A DNA stretch of 62,534 bases, filler included, from a candidate division TA06 bacterium SM23_40 (GTDB lineage: Bacteria; LJUI01; SM1-40): the NCBI GenBank assembly GCA_001303705.1. It is 6 parts of 6 records of this genome, joined end to end, with 100 filler letters (N's around TTAATTAATTAA, not from the genome) between each part and the next. Parts side by side here need not be neighbours in the genome. Positions count along the whole stretch, not along the records: positions 27,953 to 49,765 come from LJUI01000042.1; 5 more parts are not named here. One strand, 5' to 3'. Below are positions 29,559 to 40,382 of this stretch, one piece after another; position 1 is the stretch's first letter; each line of letters opens with the position of its first letter. Position numbers and translations under genes: made by a program. The notes under the pieces are model-generated. The model did no database searches. It saw only the letters and a list, made by a program, of their open reading frames with translations, and was not told the DNA's origin.

Positions 29559-31574
29559 GTGAGTAGTCATGGATTCTGGCTGTTCCTCGCGGTGTCCTGG
29601 CTCGTGGTCGCCTCTACAAATGGGGCGCTTGCCGAGGAGAAAGCATGGTCGGACGAACTGATCGGTGAGGCGCTGCAGGCGGTGCTTCTCACGCAGAGCG
29701 ATCTTTCCATACGTCGGGACTATGTTCCCGTCGATCCATTCCGCCTGGAGGTCGTCTCACACCTGCTGGAGCAGCCGTTCGATGCGGGCCCATATGCGCG
29801 CACCCTGTCTCAGGGACTGGAAGGGAAGCGCTGGAGCGTAGCCGGTCTCCTGGCGGGGGCTGCGACCCCGCTGGGCTCGGCGATTGCGGTCAGCCCGCGC
29901 GCCGGCCCCGATCTGGAGGCAGGCCTCCGCAAGCTTCTCGATGCTTCGGGGTCGGAGGTCCCCGACGAGATGATCGAGATGTGGCTCTCGGAGGCCGCCG
30001 ACCTGCCAGACGAGCTTACCGGGGCGTTAGCGGTCCTCATCGAGGGTGCGGCCGCCGCTCATCACCACCTGACCCGGGCTTTCCGCCGGCTGGCCGACGA
30101 GGAGAAGGAGGAGCTCCTCCGCGGGGCGTGCAGGCTGACGATAGAGGAGGAAGAGTCGGAGGCCGCCGCCCACGAGCTGGCGAAGCGCGTGCTGGCTCAG
30201 GCGGAGAAGGTCGATTTCGACGAGCTGTTCAGGGCCGGGATGGCCCTGGGAGGGGCGGTCGATGGAGCCCTTGGAGAACTCGCTGTCGCCCCACGGCCAG
30301 ACAGGGAAGCGGATGGCGGCACGATCTCCCGGTCGGACAAGTCGGGCCGGTCCGAGAGTCAGGCCGAGTGGCTGCAGCGGCTGGCCGAAGAAACCGGAGA
30401 ACAGGAGTATGTCCTGCTCTGGGATACCCCCCTCGGAGAGATACGAGTGGGCGGCGCCGGTCCGGATCGATACGCATCGCCCGGGCTCATCACCATCGAT
30501 CTCGGGGGCGACGACTACTACATCTGTGATGACGGGGCACTGGTGGACGGAAATGCTCCCATCTCCCTGCTGATCGATCTATCCGGAGATGATACCCACC
30601 GCTCCGGAGAATTTTCGCTGGGAAGCGGGTACGGTGGCATCGGGATGCTCATCGATATTGAGGGAGACGACGTCTATCAGGGAAGCAGCTTCACCCAGGG
30701 CGCCGCCCTGCTCGGGGTGGGCGTGTTGTGGGATGGCCAGGGCGAGGACTGCTACCTCGCCGAGACCCAGGGGCAGGGAGCGGCAACCTTCGGCATCGGA
30801 CTCCTGACAGATCTGGAGGGGGATGACCTGTATAAGGCCGAGTTCTTCTCCCAGGGCTTCGGCGGTGTGGCCGCCCTCGGGGCGATCGTCGAAGGCGGCG
30901 GGAACGATACGTATGTCGTTGGCCACAAGTACCCCGACCACCGCGAGCCGGACTACTATGCCTGCCTGTCCCAGGGGTTCGGGTACGGGTGGCGCGACAT
31001 CAGCTCCGGGGGCGTTGGCGTCATCGCCGACGTCGCCGGCAACGATACTTATATCGCGGACTACTTTGCTCAGGGTTCGAGTTACTGGTTCGCGCTCGGC
31101 ATACTCGTCGACGAGGGGGGGAACGACAAGTACGTCGCTCGTCGCTACTCGCAGGGAGCGGGGATCCACCTGGCGGTCGGCGTGCTGAGCGACCGCGAGG
31201 GCAACGATGACTACCTCTCCTGGGGAGTGTCACAGGGCTGTGGCCACGACCTCGCGCTCGGACTTCTCGTCGATGATGAGGGGAACGATAGCTACCTGGC
31301 TAACTGGCTTTCCCAGGGAGCGGGGAATGCCAATGGATTCGGGATCCTCGCCGACGGGGGCGGAGACGACATCTACCTGACTCGTCCCGGGCGCGGTCAG
31401 GGGCAGGGGAACTTCGACCGGGGGTACGAGAGTGTGGGGGTGCTGGTAGACCGCGAAGGCCATGATGTGTACTCCGGTGCGGGTGCTGATGGCGCGATGT
31501 GGCGAGAGGGGATGTACGGCATCGGGCTCGATCGTGAGCCGGAACCCGACTCCTTACAGGAAGGCCAGGAGTGA
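29559..31574 (+). CDS. Secreted hypothetical protein with Gly/Asp-rich repeats (QGxG..GxLxDxxGxDxY)
   Basis: Signal peptide and ~10 repeats suggesting a Ca-binding beta-solenoid. Confidence 0.75.
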   Translation: MSSHGFWLFLAVSWLVVASTNGALAEEKAWSDELIGEALQAVLLTQSDLSIRRDYVPVDPFRLEVVSHLLEQPFDAGPYARTLSQGLEGKRWSVAGLLAGAATPLGSAIAVSPRAGPDLEAGLRKLLDASGSEVPDEMIEMWLSEAADLPDELTGALAVLIEGAAAAHHHLTRAFRRLADEEKEELLRGACRLTIEEEESEAAAHELAKRVLAQAEKVDFDELFRAGMALGGAVDGALGELAVAPRPDREADGGTISRSDKSGRSESQAEWLQRLAEETGEQEYVLLWDTPLGEIRVGGAGPDRYASPGLITIDLGGDDYYICDDGALVDGNAPISLLIDLSGDDTHRSGEFSLGSGYGGIGMLIDIEGDDVYQGSSFTQGAALLGVGVLWDGQGEDCYLAETQGQGAATFGIGLLTDLEGDDLYKAEFFSQGFGGVAALGAIVEGGGNDTYVVGHKYPDHREPDYYACLSQGFGYGWRDISSGGVGVIADVAGNDTYIADYFAQGSSYWFALGILVDEGGNDKYVARRYSQGAGIHLAVGVLSDREGNDDYLSWGVSQGCGHDLALGLLVDDEGNDSYLANWLSQGAGNANGFGILADGGGDDIYLTRPGRGQGQGNFDRGYESVGVLVDREGHDVYSGAGADGAMWREGMYGIGLDREPEPDSLQEGQE

Positions 31575-31725
31575 GCCACGGACCCGGCCGTTCCGCCGGG
31601 GAAGTGAAAAACCTCTGGACAAAATCGGAGAGATAGAGCACCTTGTTGGTGATCATTACTGGTGATCATCTGGCAGGTAACAGACTGCTGATCAGCGTAC
31701 ACATTCAGTGCAGGGGAGACGCCAC

Positions 31726-33069
31726 ATGGTGGAACCCAAGAAGAAGGGGCCGGAGTTCGTGCTGAAGAACGTGCGGGACCGGAAGGTCCGGCTTATCAGG
31801 CTCTGGTTTACCGACATCCTCGGATTCCTCAAGAGCTTCACTATCACGGCAGACGAGCTCGAAATGGCACTCGAGGAAGGAGTGGGCTTCGACGGCTCGT
31901 CGATTGAAGGCTTCGCCAGGATCGACGAGAGCGATATGATTGCCAAGCCCGATCCCGCGACATTTCAGTCCCTGCCCTGGTCCAACGATATCGAGGGCGG
32001 AGAGGTGCGGATGTTCTGTGATATCTTGCACCCGGGCGGCGACCCGTTCGAGGGGGATCCGAGGTGGGTGTTGAAGCGGGCGCTCGAGCGCGCCGCACAG
32101 CTCGGGTATACCTTCTACGTCGGGCCGGAGCTCGAGTTCTTCTACTTCAAGAATCAAAAGGGAATGCCTGAGCCGATCGACGAAGGGGGGTACTTCGACC
32201 TTGTTCCCCAGGATGTTGCCGATCAGATGCGTCGTGAGACAGTGCTCACGCTCGAGGCGATGGGGATAGGTGTCGAGTACGCCCACCACGAGGTAGCGCC
32301 GAGCCAGCAGGAGGTCGATCTACGGTTTACTGATGCGTTGACGATGGCGGACAACGCCATGACCTACCGCATGATCGTGCGCGAAGTCGCCACGCGTCAT
32401 GGAATCCACGCTACGTTCATGCCCAAGCCGCTCTTCGGCGAGAACGGGAGCGGAATGCATACCCACCAGTCGCTCTTTGTCGGCGAACGGAACGCGTTCT
32501 TCGATCCCGATGACAAGTATCACTTGTCGTCCATCGCCAGGCAGTACATTGCCGGACTGCTCAGGCACGCCCGGGAGTTCACGCTCGTCACCAACCAGTG
32601 GGTCAACTCATACAAGCGTCTCGTTCCCGGGTTCGAAGCTCCCATCTATCTGACCTGGGCGCTGCGCAACCGGTCGGATCTGATCAGGGTCCCCGCCTAC
32701 AAACCGGGGAAGGAGAGGAGCACACGGGTGGAATACCGTGCCCCGGATGCGGCCTGCAATCCCTACCTGGCATTCGCCGTTATGCTCGCGGCCGGCCTCG
32801 AGGGTGTGATCAACGAGTACGAGCCGGTCGAGCCCACGGAGGAGAATGTATACCTGATGGGGGAGCGCGAGCGGGCAGAGCGGGGAATCAGCACTCTGCC
32901 GGAAGATCTCCACGAGGCGATCTCTGTCGCCGAGAAGAGCGAGCTCGTGCGAAAGACGTTGGGTGAGCACGTCTTTGAGAAGTTCCTCGCGAACAAGAGG
33001 ATCGAGTGGCAGAACTACCGCAGCCGCGTTCACTCGTACGAGATTGAGCGCTACATGTCGATCCTGTAG
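31726..33069 (+). CDS. glnA: Glutamine synthetase type I
   Basis: FDGSSIEGF, GPELEFF, HHEVA, FMPKP, NGSGMH, NSYKRLVPG, EYRAPD. Confidence 0.96.
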   Translation: MVEPKKKGPEFVLKNVRDRKVRLIRLWFTDILGFLKSFTITADELEMALEEGVGFDGSSIEGFARIDESDMIAKPDPATFQSLPWSNDIEGGEVRMFCDILHPGGDPFEGDPRWVLKRALERAAQLGYTFYVGPELEFFYFKNQKGMPEPIDEGGYFDLVPQDVADQMRRETVLTLEAMGIGVEYAHHEVAPSQQEVDLRFTDALTMADNAMTYRMIVREVATRHGIHATFMPKPLFGENGSGMHTHQSLFVGERNAFFDPDDKYHLSSIARQYIAGLLRHAREFTLVTNQWVNSYKRLVPGFEAPIYLTWALRNRSDLIRVPAYKPGKERSTRVEYRAPDAACNPYLAFAVMLAAGLEGVINEYEPVEPTEENVYLMGERERAERGISTLPEDLHEAISVAEKSELVRKTLGEHVFEKFLANKRIEWQNYRSRVHSYEIERYMSIL

Positions 33070-33096
33070 GCGCCGTCCCGGCGGCAGCGACCGCCG

Positions 33097-35892
33097 CTAT
33101 TCTCTCGATTGGGGAGGGGAGAGGGCGAACTCCGACTCTACGAGAGAGAGGGAGGTGAGGGTGGCGTCGATGTACACCGAGTCGATCGGTGTCGTCGTCC
33201 TGAACTGGACGTGGGTAAGGTTGTTGGGATAGTCGAACTCCACGGGGAGATCAGCAGGCATCCAGTCCGACCACTCGACGAACGTTAGTTCATCGAACCA
33301 GGCATACCCGGTGTCGGCCTCAGGCTTGTCGTTACTGCACAGGATGTTCACCCATCCGGCCTCCTCCGGCGCGGGGAGGTCCCGCGTGTAGAAGGTCCAC
33401 TCCTGCGTGCCCGTCACGGGCTCGCACCCGAGCTCTATCTTGATCGGATCCCCGCCGAAGCGCTGTCGGTAGAACAGAGCCATATACGAGGCATCGCTTG
33501 CGTTGTCGGTCTTGAGCCAGCCGGAGAGCGTGTACTCGCGATCTGAGTCGATCGGCGGCCGGCTCTCCATATAGGTGATGACGTTGTCCCCTGCATCCCA
33601 TGGTCTCCTCAGGACGAGCGAGCGGAGGCCGTGGTGGGAGACGGTCGAGTCGAGCCATTCGTCCTCGCTGTTCAGGTGCCAGATGGTGGCGCCCTCCAGC
33701 TCGAAGTCCCCGAACCAGACCACCTCCTTCCCCACTCTCAATTCCAGATCGGCCGCGGGTATGAGGGTCTCGAGCGAATCGATGCTCAAGAGATCACCTG
33801 CGCCGGTCAGGGCCCACGGGTGGGATACGAGCGTATCAGCTACTGCAGGGAAGAGCGGGACTGCGCCCTCGGCCGGGGAGTGCGATTCGGCGATCGCGGT
33901 GGTGTCGAGGGCGATGGCCGCACCGGTCAACTCTTCGTTGGCCACGATGATAGCACCCAGGTCCCGGGACAGGTCGGCCATGCGGCGGATGATGTTTGCG
34001 GCCAGGCTCCCTGTAGCAGGCGTGGGGATGTAATCATCGATGAAGACAGGGACGAAGGAGCTGTTTCTGACCCCGTTTCGGTCGATAGTGAATGTGAGGA
34101 CGAGTGTGGGGAATGTCTCGAAATACTCCTGATCGAACGCGAAATTACCCAGACTGTGGGCGATGACCTTCCCCTCGTAGATCTCGAATCCCTGGAGGAC
34201 GTGAGGGTGGTGGCATATGACGAGATCCGCCCCCAGGTCGACGGCCATATGCTTCAGCTCGATGACACTCGAATCGGGCGCGGAGGGGAAGCGGACATGA
34301 TTCTCGTACGCGGTCCAGGCATCCATGGGGCGGTAGTCTGACAGTTCCTTTGCCATGCCGGGCAGAAACGCCGGGTGCCAGAATGGCGTGCGCTCCCCGG
34401 AGGCATGATCCCGTTCGGGCACGAACTGGTATTCGCGTCCTGCGTGGATCTGGACGACGACGAAGTCTGCCACCTCGCCGGCCCTGGGGATGGCCTCTGC
34501 CATATACTGGTGGGTGGAGCGGCCGAACCCCGGTTTCGAGTACCCGGCGTAGAAGAACGGCTGCTCATTGTAATCGATGCCGGTGCGATCGCAGAACGAG
34601 AGGAAGGCGAAACGGATCCCGTCGTGGGAGAAGAACGTCGGCTGGAGAGACTCGTACAGGTCCATCCCCGCTCCTGAGTGGCGGATCCCGACACTGTCGA
34701 GTACCTCGGTCGTCTCCTCCAGCCCGCGGTCGAGATAGTCGTAGATGTGATTGTTCCCCAGGGCGACGACGTCGATCCCCGCGAACTCGAGACCTGCCAC
34801 ATACTTCGGTTTTCCGCGGAAGATGTATTGCTTGGTGGGGTGCGGCTCGCCTTCGTCGGTGAGCGGACATTCGAGATTGCAGACGCTCACGTCCGCGGCA
34901 TTGCCGAAGACGTCGAGGGTGAATTGGAAGATGTACTCCACGCCGTACGTGGGGATGATACCCCCTTGCTGTTCGTACCGCCGCGCCATCATAACATCGC
35001 CGACGAAGTTGACGGTCACCTCGCCTGTATCCGGGCCGCAGTCGACGAGAACGGCATGGTGGCCGACGCGGTCGGACTCGTCCGTGGCGGCGACCCCGAC
35101 CGTGTGGGGCAGCGGCGGGAATGAGTGGCTTGTCCAGGCCCCGCTTGCCGTATCTCCGTCGCCGAACTCCCAAAAGAACGAGTGGTGTGGACTGTCCGGG
35201 TCGAGCACGCCGGCATGGAAGGAGTAGAATGAGTCGAGCATCGACTGCGGATCCCGGCGGATGCGGACAAGCGGCTCGATCGGCTGATCCTCGGTCACGT
35301 CCCAGACTTCATCGAAGAAGGTGATCCCATCGACAGGATTATCGTCGTCGTCATTGATATAGTAGATCGAGGTGATCTCCGGCTCGTATCCATAGGTTTC
35401 GTACCAATCATCTCCGACCGGAAGGAGATAGAGGCGCCACTCTTCGAGCGGAGCCACCCCCTGGTACACGAGCCGCCACTCCGAGGAGGTCGGGAGCTGC
35501 GTCCCGGCGAACGTATAGAAGAGCTCATTCGTCCCGTCCGAGAGGCCGAATGCCTGGATCTCGCCCACCGAGTGGATGTAGACCGCCACCTGCCAAACCG
35601 TACTGCGTGTAACCTGCCTCGGCTCGATATCCTCGGCCTTCCACGTATTCCCCCACAGCACCAGGGAGTAGACCGACTCGTAGGCCAGCTCGTCCGTCAC
35701 CTCCCAGGCGTCGGGATCCTTATCCTGTTCGGCGCTGTAGCTATAGAGCGTCACCTCTCCGTCCTCGAAATCCTCGATCATGACGCCCCTCGACCACTCG
35801 TCGTGGCTCGCCGGACGCACAACTGCCGGCACGAGCGTCAACAGCACGGCCGCGACACCTATGCACGCCATCAAACGAGTGCGGATACCCAT
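33097..35892 (-). CDS. Secreted CapA-family metallophosphatase-domain protein with PKD-like and C-terminal carbohydrate-binding-like domains
   Basis: VGDVMM, NLECP, LGNNHIYD, QIHAGREY, HHPHVLQG, SLGNFAFDQ, WEFGDG (PKD). Confidence 0.82.
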   Translation of the reverse strand: MGIRTRLMACIGVAAVLLTLVPAVVRPASHDEWSRGVMIEDFEDGEVTLYSYSAEQDKDPDAWEVTDELAYESVYSLVLWGNTWKAEDIEPRQVTRSTVWQVAVYIHSVGEIQAFGLSDGTNELFYTFAGTQLPTSSEWRLVYQGVAPLEEWRLYLLPVGDDWYETYGYEPEITSIYYINDDDDNPVDGITFFDEVWDVTEDQPIEPLVRIRRDPQSMLDSFYSFHAGVLDPDSPHHSFFWEFGDGDTASGAWTSHSFPPLPHTVGVAATDESDRVGHHAVLVDCGPDTGEVTVNFVGDVMMARRYEQQGGIIPTYGVEYIFQFTLDVFGNAADVSVCNLECPLTDEGEPHPTKQYIFRGKPKYVAGLEFAGIDVVALGNNHIYDYLDRGLEETTEVLDSVGIRHSGAGMDLYESLQPTFFSHDGIRFAFLSFCDRTGIDYNEQPFFYAGYSKPGFGRSTHQYMAEAIPRAGEVADFVVVQIHAGREYQFVPERDHASGERTPFWHPAFLPGMAKELSDYRPMDAWTAYENHVRFPSAPDSSVIELKHMAVDLGADLVICHHPHVLQGFEIYEGKVIAHSLGNFAFDQEYFETFPTLVLTFTIDRNGVRNSSFVPVFIDDYIPTPATGSLAANIIRRMADLSRDLGAIIVANEELTGAAIALDTTAIAESHSPAEGAVPLFPAVADTLVSHPWALTGAGDLLSIDSLETLIPAADLELRVGKEVVWFGDFELEGATIWHLNSEDEWLDSTVSHHGLRSLVLRRPWDAGDNVITYMESRPPIDSDREYTLSGWLKTDNASDASYMALFYRQRFGGDPIKIELGCEPVTGTQEWTFYTRDLPAPEEAGWVNILCSNDKPEADTGYAWFDELTFVEWSDWMPADLPVEFDYPNNLTHVQFRTTTPIDSVYIDATLTSLSLVESEFALSPPQSRE

Positions 35893-36011
35893 ACCTGCTC
35901 CCTTCATCCCTATGTCAGCAAACTGAGTCACATCCCTCTGTACCGATGCCCCTCAACAGGCCTCTACACTAAGTTTACCGCACCTCCCCACCCGCGGTCA
36001 ATCGAAAAATT

Positions 36012-36054
36012 CGGGGACGTTGGTAGGTTCAGAAGGTTGCGAGGAACGTCCCCG
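36012..36054. repeat. Dispersed palindromic element (GGGACGTTGGTAGGTTC..AAGGTT.CG family)
   Basis: CGGGGACGTT...AACGTCCCCG stem. The same core occurs at 50671, 50709 and 58057. Confidence 0.82.
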
Positions 36055-36061
36055 GGGTTTG

Positions 36062-37366
36062 TTAGCGGAAGAGCATGCTGGCGAAGGTGACCCAGGAGCC
36101 GGCTCCGTCCACGTCGGCTTTGTCGTAGCCGAGGAGTTCTCCTCTGGAGGCGTTCATGGCTCCGAGCATAGTGTAGATCGGGGCGAAGCCGCAGATGCGG
36201 CGGCGGTTGTCGTCGCGGGCGATGTGGGCGAGGCAGCCGTGTCGATCGAGCCTCTCCGCAAGCGTCAGAAACTCGCGGTCCCGTTCTCTGATATGGCCCA
36301 GGTCCGCGAGGTCAGGAGGCTGTGGATCGCCGTACCGCGGTCCGATGTGAGCGAGGTCGGCGCTGGCGATGAACAGGACGGTCTTTCCTTGCGCCTCGGC
36401 CGCAGACTTCAATGCATCGGCGAATTCGTTGATCGCCGCCGCCTCGGACTGCTCGGCCGTACTGTTCGCAGACGTGTGGGAGAACGCGCAGAGAATGGGC
36501 GCGATCAGTGGACACTGCAGACCGCTCCACAGATGCTGAATGAACAGGACCTGGAGTTCGATGCTATGTTCTGTCCGGTGGACGAACTCGTCGGCGAAGA
36601 GGTCGCGCTCCCACCGGGTGTCGAGTTCCTCGACGAACGCGGAGTCTGCCTGTGCCGTGCCGAGCGGTGTCTGGAATGCTTTTTTCGTCGCCGTGAAAAG
36701 GTTCTCAACGCCGAAGTGACCGGTGCCCAGTATGACGCAGAGCGCAGGCGGTTCGTGGCCCGCGAGTTCAGCATAGGCCCGTGCGTAGGTGGTGCCGCCG
36801 TGGCTGAGGTCGATGTGTGGTGCGAGGATTCCTTTCGGCCTCGGCCGAGTTCTCGCATCAACGTTATCGACTCTCCGGTCGGGTGAGCTTCGGCTATCGG
36901 TCGGCGCTCTCACCTCCGCGGAGGCTCTGGCCTCCGCGAAGTAGGAGCCGAGTTGTCGGCGGAGGGGCTCGGCGTCGGCAGGATACGCGGTACCGGCGAG
37001 CGTCGGTGCTCTCACGGCGGAGCGGCTGAACTCCTCCTGCAGCTCTCTTCGTCTCTCGTGGAAGCGGGGACTGTCGAGGAAGTACGCGTGATCGAGCTTC
37101 GCCAGGAGACGCTCGAGCTGATCGGTGAAAAGGAGAGTTCCCATCCTTCGCGTGTACTCCACCTGAATATCCCGGAGTGAGTGTCTCCCATCCATGAACT
37201 GGAGAAGGAACGCCACCTCCTTGGAGATCGCCAGCGGTGCATCAGCGATCCGCAGAGGATCGATAAGGGCAGCTGCCGGCTGTCCGTCGAGCACCGCCTG
37301 AACGACCTCGACAGGTCTCAGCTTCGGATGTTCGAACTCCTCTCCCACAATCAACCCCCTCGTCAC
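36062..37366 (-). CDS. amrB: AmmeMemoRadiSam protein B (MEMO1 family) with N-terminal extension
   Basis: AGTAYP, APHID, EHSIELQ, SADLAHIG, RICGFAP. Confidence 0.88.
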   Translation of the reverse strand: MTRGLIVGEEFEHPKLRPVEVVQAVLDGQPAAALIDPLRIADAPLAISKEVAFLLQFMDGRHSLRDIQVEYTRRMGTLLFTDQLERLLAKLDHAYFLDSPRFHERRRELQEEFSRSAVRAPTLAGTAYPADAEPLRRQLGSYFAEARASAEVRAPTDSRSSPDRRVDNVDARTRPRPKGILAPHIDLSHGGTTYARAYAELAGHEPPALCVILGTGHFGVENLFTATKKAFQTPLGTAQADSAFVEELDTRWERDLFADEFVHRTEHSIELQVLFIQHLWSGLQCPLIAPILCAFSHTSANSTAEQSEAAAINEFADALKSAAEAQGKTVLFIASADLAHIGPRYGDPQPPDLADLGHIRERDREFLTLAERLDRHGCLAHIARDDNRRRICGFAPIYTMLGAMNASRGELLGYDKADVDGAGSWVTFASMLFR

Positions 37367-37687
37367 AATTGACTCCGGCGTGCGTCCTCAACACGGATGT
37401 CTCAGCGTGCGCGGGATGTAGAACGTCTCTGCCATATCCTGTGCATGATCTGCCCCACGTGGATTCCCCGGCACACCTGAGACGGAGACTACGCCGCACT
37501 TCTATCTACTCGGGCAACCATATCCTCTTTTTCCGGCGATTGTCAAGGGGGGGCGGGCGTGGTGGAGGTTCCTTGACAACGTCCGTCGATTCCGTTAATG
37601 TAGCCTGTGTGGATTCGTTGTGCAATTCTCTCAACATGCGGTCGAACGTTGGCCCGCGGTCTCGCGCTGTAGCGGATAAGGGAGTCA

Positions 37688-40357
37688 ATGATGGCCAGTA
37701 AGTATGTCTATTTCTTCGGAGGAGACAAGACAGAGGGTGATGCCTCGATGAAGATGAGCCTGGGCGGAAAGGGCGCGAATCTGGCCGAAATGGCGAAGAT
37801 AGGCATCCCCGTGCCGCCGGGATTCACGATCACCTGCCAGGCGTGCAGCGAGTACCGGATGCTCGGCACCTTCCCGGAGGGCGTGATGGACGAGGTGAGG
37901 GAGAAGACGAGGATGATTGAGGAGGTGACGGGTCGAGCGTTCGGTGGGATAGAGAAGCCACTCCTTCTCTCGGTACGATCGGGCGCGCCCATCTCCATGC
38001 CGGGAATGATGGATACGGTGCTCAACCTCGGTCTCTCGTCGAAGACGGTCGAGGCGATGATGGACGGCGGCAGAGATGGCCGGTTTGTGTACGATTCGTA
38101 CCGGCGCCTCATTCAGATGTTCGGCAACGTCGTCATGGGGATCGCGCACGACGCCTTCGAGTCTATTCTCCTGCAGCTTCGTCGCGAGGTCGGGGCGGAG
38201 AGGGATATCGATCTCACTGCCGAGCACCTCGAGGAACTGATTCGACGGTACAGGGAGAAATACCGGGAGAAGATCGGCGAGGAGTTTCCCGAGGATCCCG
38301 CCTTCCAGCTAGAGCAGACGATCCGTGCCGTCTTCGACTCCTGGGATAACCAACGTGCGGTGACCTACCGCAAGCTCAACAACATTCCTGATGACCTGTG
38401 CACTGCAGTCAACGTCCAGATGATGGTCTTCGGTAACATGGCCGAACGATCGGGGACCGGCGTCGCGTTCACCCGTCACCCCGCGACGGGCGAGGATGTC
38501 TTCTACGGCGAGTATCTGATGAATGCTCAGGGGGAGGATGTCGTCGCCGGCATACGCACTCCTCAGCCGCTCAACGACATCAACAGGATCCACGACGACC
38601 AGCAGACACTCGAGGAACTGATGCCGGAGGTGTACAAGGAGCTCGAACAGATAAGACTGAAACTCGACCGCCACTTCGCCGACATGCAGGATCTCGAGTT
38701 CACTATCGAGGAAGGGAAGCTGTACATTCTCCAGACGCGGAGCGGCAAGAGGACGGCACTGGCTGCCGTGAAGATCGCCCTCGACTATCTCGACAAGGGC
38801 ATGATCGACGAGAAGACCGCGCTCTCCCGGATCGAGACGACCTTCATCGATCAGCTCCTCCATCCCCGGATCGACCCCGCCACGTCGTATAGCGTCGCCG
38901 CGGTCGGGCTCCCGGCGGCTCCCGGGGCCGCGGTCGGCCAGGCAGTACTCGACGCGGAGACCGCCGAGAGATGGGCGAGCGGGGGCAAGAAGGTGATTCT
39001 CGTGAGGAACGAGACGACCCCGGAGGACATCGGAGGGATGAACGCGGCTCAGGGGATCCTCACCGCGCTCGGCGGGATGACTAGCCATGCGGCGCTCGTT
39101 GCCCGGGGGATGGGGAAGCCCTGTATCGTCGGGTGCAGCGCTATCCACATCAACCTAGATAGTCGGACCGTCAAAATCGGAGAGGCGAGAATCAAGGAAG
39201 GGGACTTCCTGACACTGGCCGTTGGCGAGAAGGGCGAGGTCGTTCTGGGCGAGCTGCCCCTCGTTGAGGCAGGATTCGATGAGAGCTTCATCCGTCTGCT
39301 CGGGATCGCCGACAGGCATCGCCGGCTCAGGGTAAGGGCGAATGCGGAGACGGTCAAGGACACCAAGCAGGCGCGTGAGTTCGGGGCCGAAGGGATCGGC
39401 CTCTGCCGCACCGAACACATGTTCTTCGAGGGAGATCGCATCGTCGCGTTTCGACGGATGATACTGGCGCCCACGGAACGGCAGCGCCGGACTGCCCTCG
39501 ACCAGCTCCTCCCCCTGCAGCAGGCTGATTTCGAGGGCATCTTCGAGGTGATGGATGGGTTGCCCGTGACCATCAGGCTGCTCGATCCTCCCCTCCACGA
39601 GTTCCTCCCGCACCTGAGAGAGGAGATGGGGGAGGTGTCGCAGGTTCTCGGGGTGACGGTGGAGGATCTCAAAGAAAAGGTCGAATCGCTCCGTGAACTC
39701 AATCCCATGCTCGGGCATCGCGGCTGCCGGCTCTGCATCACCTTTCCTGAGATCTGTGAGATGCAGACCCGCGCCATCATCGGGGCGGCGATCAACGTGA
39801 AGCGCCGAGGAATCGATGTGAGACCCGAGATCATGGTCCCGCTCGTAGGGCACGTCAACGAGTTCGTCCATCTCGAACGTGTGATACGGGAGGTGGCGGA
39901 CGAGATGATGAAGAGCTCGGGCGTTGAGCTCGAGTACCTCCTCGGTACGATGATAGAGGTGCCGCGCGCAGCGCTGACAGCCGGTGAGATCGCTGCGCGG
40001 GCAGAGTTTTTTAGCTTCGGCACCAATGATCTGACGCAGATGGGCTTCGGGTTCAGCCGCGACGATATAGGGAGCTTCCTTCCCGACTACCTGCGCAAGG
40101 AGATCCTGCCGGTCGATCCGTTTCAGGAGCTCGATCGCGATGGGATCGGCAAACTCGTTGAAATGGCCTGCCGCCTCGGGCGCGAGGCGCGACCCGATCT
40201 CAAACTCGGAATCTGCGGCGAGCACGGGGGTGATCCCTCGAGCATCGAGTTCTGTCATCGAGTTGGTCTTGATTATGTGAGTTGCTCGCCATTTCGGGTC
40301 CCCATTGCCCGCCTGGCAGCGGCCCAGGCCGCCATCAAGGAGCAAGAGGAGAAGTGA
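37688..40357 (+). CDS. ppdK: Pyruvate, phosphate dikinase
   Basis: GGKGANLAEM, SMPGMMDT, GGMTSHAA (phospho-His), GLCRTEHMF, GTNDLTQ. Confidence 0.97.
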   Translation: MMASKYVYFFGGDKTEGDASMKMSLGGKGANLAEMAKIGIPVPPGFTITCQACSEYRMLGTFPEGVMDEVREKTRMIEEVTGRAFGGIEKPLLLSVRSGAPISMPGMMDTVLNLGLSSKTVEAMMDGGRDGRFVYDSYRRLIQMFGNVVMGIAHDAFESILLQLRREVGAERDIDLTAEHLEELIRRYREKYREKIGEEFPEDPAFQLEQTIRAVFDSWDNQRAVTYRKLNNIPDDLCTAVNVQMMVFGNMAERSGTGVAFTRHPATGEDVFYGEYLMNAQGEDVVAGIRTPQPLNDINRIHDDQQTLEELMPEVYKELEQIRLKLDRHFADMQDLEFTIEEGKLYILQTRSGKRTALAAVKIALDYLDKGMIDEKTALSRIETTFIDQLLHPRIDPATSYSVAAVGLPAAPGAAVGQAVLDAETAERWASGGKKVILVRNETTPEDIGGMNAAQGILTALGGMTSHAALVARGMGKPCIVGCSAIHINLDSRTVKIGEARIKEGDFLTLAVGEKGEVVLGELPLVEAGFDESFIRLLGIADRHRRLRVRANAETVKDTKQAREFGAEGIGLCRTEHMFFEGDRIVAFRRMILAPTERQRRTALDQLLPLQQADFEGIFEVMDGLPVTIRLLDPPLHEFLPHLREEMGEVSQVLGVTVEDLKEKVESLRELNPMLGHRGCRLCITFPEICEMQTRAIIGAAINVKRRGIDVRPEIMVPLVGHVNEFVHLERVIREVADEMMKSSGVELEYLLGTMIEVPRAALTAGEIAARAEFFSFGTNDLTQMGFGFSRDDIGSFLPDYLRKEILPVDPFQELDRDGIGKLVEMACRLGREARPDLKLGICGEHGGDPSSIEFCHRVGLDYVSCSPFRVPIARLAAAQAAIKEQEEK

Positions 40358-40382
40358 GCCGGAGCCAGGGTAGGCGGGGGAG

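Noticed and set aside
31647-31690. Sigma-54 promoter upstream of glnA
   Set aside because: TGGCA...TGC spacing does not fit GG-N10-GC. A TGGTGATCAT direct repeat is present but cannot be assigned.
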